Part shown: piece after piece, positions 54,235-62,072 of the stretch
Layout of the letters: each line of letters begins with the position of its first letter
Numbering within the stretch: the stretch's first letter is position 1
NCBI GenBank assembly: GCA_035304285.1
Contig: DATGQI010000036.1
Coordinates: forward strand, 4,446-68,445
Source: Woeseiaceae bacterium
GTDB lineage: Bacteria; Pseudomonadota; Gammaproteobacteria; Steroidobacterales; Woeseiaceae
Length of the DNA stretch: 64,000 nt
Direction: 5' to 3'
The notes under the pieces: generated by a model
What the model was told of the DNA's origin: nothing
Database searches by the model: none
Seen by the model: the letters and a program-made list of their open reading frames with translations, nothing else
Position numbers and translations under genes: made by a program

Positions 54235-56457
54235 TCAGGAGGTATTGCGTTTCCGCTGGCTTTTCCGCTTCTGCTTCTGGTGCGACTCGATCGGCACAGG
54301 CATCGTCTTGCGGATCGGCGTAGCAGTCGGCCGTCCGATGTGGAAGCCCTGCGCAAAATCGATACCCAGACGCCCGAGCAGTGTGAAGGCCGCGCCTGGC
54401 TGTACGTATTCGGCGATGGTTTTCATGCCGGCGGCCCTGCCGATTTCACCGATCATCTTCACCATTTTCTGGTCCACCGGGTTGCGTACCAGGTCCCTGA
54501 TGAAGCTGCCGTCTATCTTGATGTAGTCCACCGGCAGTTTTTGCAGGTAACTGAAGGAACTGTATCCGGTACCGAAGTCGTCTAGGGAGACCTGGCAGCC
54601 GATCTCACGCAACCCTGCTATCTGCTTCTCAACGTGGTTCAGGTGCCGCATCGCGAGACTCTCGGTAATCTCGAAGGTCACACAGTCCGCAGGAACGCCC
54701 TGTCGCGCCAGCTGCGACATGACGAATGCGGTGAGGTTCTCCGCTTCGAACGCGTTGGCGGAAAGATTCAGCGCGAAGCGAAGGTCCGGCGCGTCCTGCC
54801 GGTATCTTGCAAGCTCGGCTATCGCCGTTTCGATGAGCCATGTGTCTATTTCCGCCATCAGCCCGAAACGGACCGCAGCCGGGAGGAATGCGTCAGGCGA
54901 AACCAGGTCACCGTTGTCGGCCTTCATCCGTAACAGTACCTCGTGGTGCGTTGTTTCACCCGTGGCTATGCATACGATGGGCTGGTAGCGCAGCATGAGG
55001 AGGTTATTGTCGATGGCCTCTCTCAGCTTGCTGATCCAGTTGACGTCAGCCGCCATCTGCTCAACGTCCCGTTCGGACATGCTGTGGAAGGCAAGCCGGT
55101 TCCGTCCCGAGGCTTTCGCCTCCCGACAGGCAATATCCGCCTGTGATATCAGATCGTCATGATCGAAGCGGTCGGAATCGATCATCGTGATACCGATGCT
55201 GCAATGCACATGGAAGATGTTGTCGTCCTCGACGTGCGCAACCTTGCGCAGGTCTTCCAGGATCGACTCCGCTAGCGCCTGTGCCGCCGGTTTCGAAACG
55301 CCGGTAGCAAGCACCGTAAACTCATCTCCCCCGAACCTGCCGACCGTTCCGATGTCGCCGACGCAGCTCTGTAGCTGGTCCGCGACCTTCCTGATCAGCC
55401 GGTCGCCCGCGGGATGACCACAGGTGTCATTGACGTACTTGAACTGGTCGAGGTCGATGAACAGCAGCGCGGCCCTGGTGCTCTCGCGCGCGACATTCCG
55501 TACTTCCCTGCGCAACTCTTCAACGAACCGGCGCCGGTTGAAGAGACCCGTCAGAACGTCATGGTTCGCCAGCCGGGAAAGCTTTTCGTTGCGTTCGCCA
55601 AGCGCCGAGGCTGTCGATGCAAGGGCCTCCACAATATCGGATATTTCCCGGTGCTTGGCGGGCTTGAACTCTACCGACAGGTTGCCTTTCGCCAGTTCGG
55701 CGATTGGCCTTTGCAGATCGGCAATGGGCGTCAGCGCGCTCAGCAGGCGCCGACGTCCGATCAGGCCGGACACGATCAACAGCAGCAGCAGCACACTGGT
55801 TGCGACCTTGATATTTGTCAAAAGCCTTGCGTGGAAGAAACCAAAGTCCAACTCGAGGCGGACGAAGCCGGCGAGACTCCTGGTACTCGGCACGTCACCC
55901 GCGGTCGGATCGAATCCGAAAAGGCCTTCGCCGCCGATAGATTCAGTCCAGATCGGGGCGAGAATCTCGAACGTGTGGGCGCTGAAGACGTTGCTGTTCA
56001 CGAGGTAAGGTTCGTTCGCACCGACCAGGTCGGATAAGCGAGCGAGCAAGGCATAAGAGACCGGCTCAGCCGGTACGCTGTGGTAAAGGCCGCTATCGAT
56101 GGAGTAGAACGGGCTGCCGTCTTCGTAGTAATAGGTGACCCTGTCAATCTCCGGATAACGTCCCACGAAGCTCTCCAGGCGCGGAATCACCTCGGCGTCG
56201 CGCTGCAGGTAAAGGGGCGCCCCGAGTTCGTTCAACTCGCCGGTCCACTGCAGCGCCCAGCGGCCGTAGTTATCCTGCAGCACCCACTGCCCGCCCCAGT
56301 AGAGGCCGCCGATTGCGAGGGCGCCGACTACCGCTGTGATCATGAGCTGAAGGGACAGGATCTCGTTGATCAGCAGGCGCTTGCCGCGGCGGTTTGACTT
56401 CCGTCGCGCCGCCAGCCTTGCGCGGTTTTGCTCCGGAAGTGGGGCGGTCGCAGTCAT
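54235..56457 (-). CDS. membrane-bound GGDEF-EAL protein (diguanylate cyclase/phosphodiesterase) with periplasmic and HAMP-like regions
   Basis: 740 aa with two TM helices. GGDEF motif RFGGDEFTVLA. EAL domain (EVLLRM, DDFGTGYSSFSYL). ATGA overlap with the upstream lipoprotein gene. Confidence 0.9.
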   Translation of the reverse strand: MTATAPLPEQNRARLAARRKSNRRGKRLLINEILSLQLMITAVVGALAIGGLYWGGQWVLQDNYGRWALQWTGELNELGAPLYLQRDAEVIPRLESFVGRYPEIDRVTYYYEDGSPFYSIDSGLYHSVPAEPVSYALLARLSDLVGANEPYLVNSNVFSAHTFEILAPIWTESIGGEGLFGFDPTAGDVPSTRSLAGFVRLELDFGFFHARLLTNIKVATSVLLLLLIVSGLIGRRRLLSALTPIADLQRPIAELAKGNLSVEFKPAKHREISDIVEALASTASALGERNEKLSRLANHDVLTGLFNRRRFVEELRREVRNVARESTRAALLFIDLDQFKYVNDTCGHPAGDRLIRKVADQLQSCVGDIGTVGRFGGDEFTVLATGVSKPAAQALAESILEDLRKVAHVEDDNIFHVHCSIGITMIDSDRFDHDDLISQADIACREAKASGRNRLAFHSMSERDVEQMAADVNWISKLREAIDNNLLMLRYQPIVCIATGETTHHEVLLRMKADNGDLVSPDAFLPAAVRFGLMAEIDTWLIETAIAELARYRQDAPDLRFALNLSANAFEAENLTAFVMSQLARQGVPADCVTFEITESLAMRHLNHVEKQIAGLREIGCQVSLDDFGTGYSSFSYLQKLPVDYIKIDGSFIRDLVRNPVDQKMVKMIGEIGRAAGMKTIAEYVQPGAAFTLLGRLGIDFAQGFHIGRPTATPIRKTMPVPIESHQKQKRKSQRKRNTS

Positions 56458-57554
56458 AAGCGGCCGTTCGGGGCACGGGTATGGCTGCCGATGGCGAGGG
56501 TTCTCGCGGCATTACTCGACCGATCGGATTCGCGGACGTTCAGGTTGCGCAGCGGAGTCAGGTCCGGCACAGAATCACCGTTGCCCTCCACTACCTGCTG
56601 CGCCACCGACACCGCCATTTCGGCGATATCGGATTCGTCGGCGGCGGTGCTCAGCGCAACCCCGAGTTCCAGCAAGGCTTCGTTGAACACTGCGATACGT
56701 ACGCCGTGGCGGTCGGCGACGTCGACCATCATCCTCAGGACAGGAATGCTCAGGATTCTATTGTCGGGAAACAGCCAGAACCCATCGATATCGGGCGCCA
56801 TCCGCTTGAAAAGGTAAAGCGTCTCGCGATCGGAGGCCGCGACCTGGTACTGAAATGCGAGTTCGTTCATGGCCGTCGCGGCTTCCGCTTCCGCTATCAG
56901 TGACTCGTGACCGTCTCCGAGAATCGCGCCGATACGGCGTAGTTCGGGATCGGCCTTGAGCCATTCCTGGACCTGGAGCGACAACGGCGGGATTGCCGCG
57001 ACACCTTTGACAGGCACCCTGACACCTTTCCCCGGCTTGAAGTTGAAGACCTGGCAATAGACCACCGGCAGGGTGGACCACGTCATGGCCGCCTGGGCCG
57101 CAGAGTGACCGATGGCGATCACGATCGCTGCCCCCGATTCCGCGACGCCGGCGAACGCCTCCTCGGGCGACTGGCTCTTGTCGGACAGGTCGTAGACCAG
57201 CGGCCGGTCGAGGATCTGGCCGAGTTCCTGCGCCACCCGGTCGAACGACAGCGAACGTCCGCTCAGCACGATTGCAGCCTTCGCATCGAATTGCTTCGAT
57301 GCCTCCTTCGGCGGCGGTTCCGGTTCCTGCGCGGGCGGCGGTTCAGGCTGCTCCGGAACAGTGGTCTCCGGTTGCGGGGCGGGTTCGGCCTCCGGAATCG
57401 ACACATCGGGAGGTTCCTCGACGGAAGGTATCCCCGCGCAACCGGCCATCGCAGTTACGAGGCACAGAAGAAGGAAGCGCACGGGCGACTGTCGCAGGCG
57501 CCCGTTTCGTCGTTTGCACGATGAGGCGCTCGACAGTCCGGTTTCCTGTGGCAT
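56454..57554 (-). CDS. lipoprotein with ABC-type substrate-binding-like fold (putative sensor partner of the GGDEF-EAL protein)
   Basis: Lipobox LVTAMAGC. Pro/Glu-rich linker (EPAPQPETTVPEQPEPPPAQEPEPPPKE). Alternating beta-alpha body resembling ABC_sub_bind/BMP-type proteins. The family call is tentative. Confidence 0.55.
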   Translation of the reverse strand: MPQETGLSSASSCKRRNGRLRQSPVRFLLLCLVTAMAGCAGIPSVEEPPDVSIPEAEPAPQPETTVPEQPEPPPAQEPEPPPKEASKQFDAKAAIVLSGRSLSFDRVAQELGQILDRPLVYDLSDKSQSPEEAFAGVAESGAAIVIAIGHSAAQAAMTWSTLPVVYCQVFNFKPGKGVRVPVKGVAAIPPLSLQVQEWLKADPELRRIGAILGDGHESLIAEAEAATAMNELAFQYQVAASDRETLYLFKRMAPDIDGFWLFPDNRILSIPVLRMMVDVADRHGVRIAVFNEALLELGVALSTAADESDIAEMAVSVAQQVVEGNGDSVPDLTPLRNLNVRESDRSSNAARTLAIGSHTRAPNGRL

Positions 57555-57767
57555 CGCGACAAGCAGCTGCGCCCTTCGGCCGATTGAAGAACTTACCCAA
57601 GTGCTTGCTTCAGGGTCCGGGTATGTGTCTCAGATTAACCCTCGCGAGACGGATTGAGCGGATCACGCCGATATTATGTACAACCAGGAGCCGTTCGACG
57701 TGCTGCCGCAGATGGGCGACACCTTTTGTTGTTGACAGGTTGAATTGCGCTATGAAACGCTAGCAGG

Positions 57768-57852
57768 CGCTTGATAAAGGCACACCTTCCGAAAGGAAGC
57801 GTCGCAAAGCCACCGGTCTACGGTTTTTAACTACGACAGCGGGGTTACCAGC
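57768..57852 (+). promoter_or_regulatory. c-di-GMP-I (GEMM-I) riboswitch aptamer, copy 2
   Basis: AAAGGCACACCUUCCGAAAGGAAGCGUCGCAAAGCCACCGGUCUACGG...GACAGCGGGGUUACC. 47 of the first 50 core nt are identical to copy 1. The 3' strand ends 3 nt before the ATG at 57853. Confidence 0.85.
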
Positions 57853-59280
57853 ATGACCTTTTTATTGAACATCACCCCATGGCCTTTACTGTCGGCACTT
57901 CTGTGGATAGTGCTCGTCGTGACATCGCTATATTTCGCGCGGCCGACTGCGCACAAGGCGATTCGTGCGGCGGCCCTGGCGCTGCATCGCACGTTGAGGC
58001 TCGCCTCTATGGGCGTAAGGAAGGCGGAAGCGGGACTCGCACAACGCAATCGAGAGGTCTTGCTTGCTGCCGGGCGCGAAGCGAAGGAAAGAATCGTCGA
58101 GCGTGAGTTTGATCGTGTAAACGAAACCGTACGCAAGGATCTTGCAAACTACTCCACGCTGCATCGCGCGTTGAGCGAGTCGATCAATCGCATCGAGACG
58201 GATCACCAGGCGGCAGTCGACGTGCCGCCGGACCCACCGGGGTGGGTGAAAGCCGTCGAAGCTGTTGCGAAAATTGATTCCCGTGAAGGCAGGGTCGGCA
58301 TTGGAAACGTGCTGACTGACATACACCGCTCGCTGGTCAAGGCGCACCAGGAGGCAATGGTTGCGTATCGCGAGGCCAGTGCGGACCGTCATGCCTACCT
58401 CAGGAAGATGCGTCCCGAATGGCGCCAGATCCAGCAGACGCTGGGGCAGGTCGGCAAGAACGTCGACAGCCTGCTGAGCCGCTCCGTCACCATCGATCGC
58501 CACATGAAGGATTACGAGGACATCATCAGCGGCCACGACCGCTCTGTGTCCGTGCTGTCGTCCTCATCGCTGGTGTACTTCTTCGTGTCGGCACTCGTCC
58601 TCATGGTTGCCGCGGGCGGTGCGACGATCAACTTCTCCCTGATTGCCCGGCCCATGGCTGAAATGGTGGGAGGCACCAGCCTGATCGGAGGCTTCCGCAC
58701 CGCCGACATTGCGGCACTCGTGATCATCATGGTCGAGATTTCGATGGGACTGTTCCTGATGGAATCGCTTCGGATCACGCGGCTGTTTCCGGTCATCGGC
58801 GCGCTGCCAGACAAGGTCCGGGTGCGTATGATCTGGATCACTTTCACGATCCTGCTGATGCTGGCAACAGTCGAAGCGGGGCTGGCCTATATGCGCGAGG
58901 TGCTGCTGCACGACGAACTCGCGACCAGTGCGCTATTGCGCGGCGACGTGAGCGACGGCCTTACCGGCCAGTACCTCTGGATTACGACGGCCGCGCAGAT
59001 GGGCATGGGATTCATCCTGCCTTTCGCGCTGACGTTCGTCGCGATTCCCCTTGAGACCTTCGTCCATTCGCTGCGAACCGTGCTTGGCCTCGCCGGCATA
59101 GGCTTACTTCGGCTCACGGCGCTGCTGCTGCGTGTACTGGGGAACGCCTGCCGTTATCTCGGCTCGCTGGTCGAGCAACTGTATGACCTGCCGCTGTTCG
59201 TGCCACTGTGGCTCGAGTCGCGCTACGGCGATCTCGGATCGAAATCCAGGAGCGGCTCATTGCGGGAGGCGCGGACGTGA
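57853..59280 (+). CDS. uncharacterised polytopic membrane protein (riboswitch-controlled)
   Basis: 475 aa. N-terminal TM helix (PLLSALLWIVLVVTSLYF). About 200 aa of charged helical region. At least 5 C-terminal hydrophobic helices. I recognise no family. Confidence 0.7.
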   Translation: MTFLLNITPWPLLSALLWIVLVVTSLYFARPTAHKAIRAAALALHRTLRLASMGVRKAEAGLAQRNREVLLAAGREAKERIVEREFDRVNETVRKDLANYSTLHRALSESINRIETDHQAAVDVPPDPPGWVKAVEAVAKIDSREGRVGIGNVLTDIHRSLVKAHQEAMVAYREASADRHAYLRKMRPEWRQIQQTLGQVGKNVDSLLSRSVTIDRHMKDYEDIISGHDRSVSVLSSSSLVYFFVSALVLMVAAGGATINFSLIARPMAEMVGGTSLIGGFRTADIAALVIIMVEISMGLFLMESLRITRLFPVIGALPDKVRVRMIWITFTILLMLATVEAGLAYMREVLLHDELATSALLRGDVSDGLTGQYLWITTAAQMGMGFILPFALTFVAIPLETFVHSLRTVLGLAGIGLLRLTALLLRVLGNACRYLGSLVEQLYDLPLFVPLWLESRYGDLGSKSRSGSLREART

Positions 59281-59915
59281 GAAAACTTCTTGGCGCGCTG
59301 GCAGCCGTCGTGCTGCTCGGCTGCACCCAACCGACCCCGGGCAACACCGGCGTATACATGCTGCTCGACACATCCGGTACATATCGGGAAGAGCTGCAAA
59401 AGGCGGAACAAATCATCCGCTACACGCTGTCCAGGCTGGACGCGGCGGACACATTCGCCGTGGCTCGCATAGACACCGGCAGCTTCAGCGAGAAGGACAT
59501 CGTGGCCAAGACCTCCTTCGACGACCGCCCCAGCACGATCAACCGGCAAAAGCGCCTGTTCGCGGAGCAGATCAGTACATTCGTCAGCGATACCGAATCC
59601 TCGCCCTACACCGATATCACAGGCGGATTGTTGCAAGCGGTCGAGTTCCTGAATGAGAAAGGCTCGGGCAGGAAAGCGATCCTGATCTTCTCGGATCTGA
59701 AGGAAGACCTGCAGGACGGATACGTTCGTAACGATATTCCCTTCGACCTCGACGGCTTCGAAGTGATCGCATTGAACGTGACGAAGCTGCGCTCCGATAA
59801 CGTAGATCCGCGCGAGTACCTCTCGAGGCTCAGCACGTGGCAGGCGCGGGTGGAAAACTCGGGTGGCCGGTGGAGGGTGATCAATGATCTGGACGGCCTG
59901 GAGGGCCTGCTGTAG
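59277..59915 (+). CDS. lipoprotein with VWA-like domain (MIDAS-type DxSGT motif)
   Basis: GTG start overlaps the upstream stop (GTGA) and is preceded by GGGAGG. Lipobox AVVLLGC. VYMLLDTSGTY...YTDITGG...ILIFSDLKED follows the VWA beta-alpha pattern. Confidence 0.65.
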   Translation: MRKLLGALAAVVLLGCTQPTPGNTGVYMLLDTSGTYREELQKAEQIIRYTLSRLDAADTFAVARIDTGSFSEKDIVAKTSFDDRPSTINRQKRLFAEQISTFVSDTESSPYTDITGGLLQAVEFLNEKGSGRKAILIFSDLKEDLQDGYVRNDIPFDLDGFEVIALNVTKLRSDNVDPREYLSRLSTWQARVENSGGRWRVINDLDGLEGLL

Positions 59916-59952
59916 GAGTTTTGCGAGCAAGTGCGAATCCGCTTGAGCGAAT

Positions 59953-59976
59953 TCGCCCGCAGTGGCGGGTTCTTAC
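59953..59976. repeat. REP-like palindrome, family B (TCGCCCGCagtgGCGGGTTCTTAC)
   Basis: Located between convergent genes. Related to the 27579 and 34101 copies. Confidence 0.45.
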
Positions 59977-60030
59977 CCTCACTCGTATCCGCCTTGCGCA
60001 GGCATGCGCCGGTGTCTCCACCGAAAATAA

Positions 60031-61104
60031 TCAGGCTCCCGGTTTCGTACCCGCAACGGTAACGCGGTCGCGCCCCTCGCGCTTGCTCTGGTAGAGAGCG
60101 GCATCGGCAAGTGCGACCAACTGCTCCGGCGATACGGAGTCGCCGCGATTGCGCATCGCAACGCCGATGCTGATGCTAGCCGGCACGGAACCACCTCGTG
60201 TACGTATGGGCAGCGAGCGCATACCCTCGCAGATGCGCTCGCCGAGGGCCCTGCAGCCTTTTTCGTCAATGTCTTGGACGATGACGAGGAATTCCTCTCC
60301 ACCCCAGCGGCAAACGATATCCTGCGGGCGCACCGAGGCGACGATTGAGCCGGCCACGCGGCGCAGCACCTGGTCGCCCACCTGGTGCCCGAACTGGTCG
60401 TTGACCTGCTTGAAGTTGTCGATGTCGGCGAGGCAGATGCCGAGGGAGTGGTTGTGCTTCTGTGCTTCCATCAGCGCCGAGCTCAGGAGATCGGTGGCGC
60501 CGCGTCGGTTCCAAAGCCGGGTCAGGGGATCAAACATAGCCTGCCGACGTGCTTCGCCGAGCTTGGTGACCATCGCCGACTGCGCGTTGCTCAACTCGAC
60601 AGAAAACAGCTCCCTTTGCGCCATGTCACCCAAATCGGTGAGCGTGGCGGCGAAATCGGGATCGGGTTTTCGCGGTTTCAGGTCCATGACGCAGAACGTG
60701 CCGATCGTTTTGCCTTCGGAATCCCGAATCGGGAAACCGGCGTAGAACCTGATTTTCGGAGCCTTGCAGACCACGGGACTGCTCATCATGTAGAGATCTT
60801 CAAGCGTGTCCGGAACCACCATTTGCCTGCCCTCGCGGATCACCTCCGCACAAAGGCTCTTACTCATCGGTAGCTCCGTGACCTGCCAGCCTGAAACGGA
60901 CTTGAACCACTGCCGGTCCCCGTGTACGACCGTGATTGCCGCGATGGGTACGTTCAGTGCGCGCCTCGCGAGCCGTGTGATGCGCTCAAAGCGTTCTTCC
61001 AGGGGAGTATAGAACGGATCCAGCGAATGCAGATTTGCGAGTTTCAGCGTTGCCGTACTCGCCACGGTACGGCTTAAAGCTGTCTCATCATCGAACCTGG
61101 ACAT
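60031..61104 (-). CDS. GAF-GGDEF diguanylate cyclase with I-site
   Basis: 357 aa. GAF-like N-terminus. RPQD (RxxD I-site) lies five residues before GGEEF. Confidence 0.9.
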   Translation of the reverse strand: MSRFDDETALSRTVASTATLKLANLHSLDPFYTPLEERFERITRLARRALNVPIAAITVVHGDRQWFKSVSGWQVTELPMSKSLCAEVIREGRQMVVPDTLEDLYMMSSPVVCKAPKIRFYAGFPIRDSEGKTIGTFCVMDLKPRKPDPDFAATLTDLGDMAQRELFSVELSNAQSAMVTKLGEARRQAMFDPLTRLWNRRGATDLLSSALMEAQKHNHSLGICLADIDNFKQVNDQFGHQVGDQVLRRVAGSIVASVRPQDIVCRWGGEEFLVIVQDIDEKGCRALGERICEGMRSLPIRTRGGSVPASISIGVAMRNRGDSVSPEQLVALADAALYQSKREGRDRVTVAGTKPGA

Positions 61105-61259
61105 TCCGCGAACTCTCGTGATGGAACCAGTACTCTGACAGGCTCGCCTCGTACTACGAATCCTGTATCTTTTAGAACAAGTACTTCCTATGGCGCCAGC
61201 TACTGGTTCACGTTAGCGAAGCGTGAACTGGTCCGCGATGGCGGCGCGGAGCATGTTAA

Positions 61260-62039
61260 TTGGAAACGAACGTCATCTGGCTGGGCTTCGTTGGGAGCCT
61301 TCTGGCCGGCCTCTGCACCGGCGTCGGCGCATCCGCGATTTTCCTGGTGCGGCGGCTCTCGGACCGGACCGAGGACGTGCTTCTCAGTTCCGCGGCGGGA
61401 GTCATGCTTGCCGCAACCTTCTTCTCGCTGCTACTGCCCGCCATCGGTTACGGCGAACTCCTGTATGCCAGCAAGGCAACTGCCGTGGCCGTGGTCGTAG
61501 GGGGCTTCCTCCTCGGTGCAGTTGCGCTTCATCTCATCCACAGATTCGTTCCGCATGAACACTTCCTGGCTGGCCGTGAAGGACCGGACACCGCCACCTT
61601 GAGTCGCATCTGGCTGTTCGTGATTGCCATCACCCTGCATAACTTCCCCGAAGGCATGGCAGTCGGCGTGGGCTTCGCGGGCGGGGACCTCGGCAACGGC
61701 ATCGCGCTGGCAACGGGGATCGGCATGCAGAACATACCGGAGGGGCTGGCTGTCGCCGCGTCCTTGCTGGCCATTCGCTACACCAGGATGCAAGCCTTCC
61801 TCGTGGCCTGCCTGACCGGCCTGGTCGAACCGATAGGGGGCCTCGTCGGAAGCGTCGCTGTCGCAGTTGCCGAGCCCCTGATGCCGTGGACGCTCGGTTT
61901 CGCGGCCGGCGCGATGCTGTTCATTATCAGTGACGAGATAATCCCGGAGACCCATCGCGGCGGTTACCAGACACTGGCGACATTTTCAATGCTTGGCGGC
62001 TTCTCCGTAATGATGTTTCTTGACGCAACGCTGGGATGA
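61260..62039 (+). CDS. zupT: ZIP-family divalent metal transporter (ZupT-like)
   Basis: TTG start as given by the ORF track. 259 aa, about 8 TM helices. HNFPEG and QNIPEG motifs are typical of ZIP/ZupT. Confidence 0.75.
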   Translation: METNVIWLGFVGSLLAGLCTGVGASAIFLVRRLSDRTEDVLLSSAAGVMLAATFFSLLLPAIGYGELLYASKATAVAVVVGGFLLGAVALHLIHRFVPHEHFLAGREGPDTATLSRIWLFVIAITLHNFPEGMAVGVGFAGGDLGNGIALATGIGMQNIPEGLAVAASLLAIRYTRMQAFLVACLTGLVEPIGGLVGSVAVAVAEPLMPWTLGFAAGAMLFIISDEIIPETHRGGYQTLATFSMLGGFSVMMFLDATLG

Positions 62040-62072
62040 CGAGTTTCTGCGGCGATACGGTAAGCTAGCGAG

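Noticed and set aside
61206-61228. Hairpin GTTCACG-N9-CGTGAAC upstream of the ZIP transporter as a Zur box
   Set aside because: Its sequence is unlike the AT-rich Zur consensus palindrome of gammaproteobacteria, and I have no other support for it.
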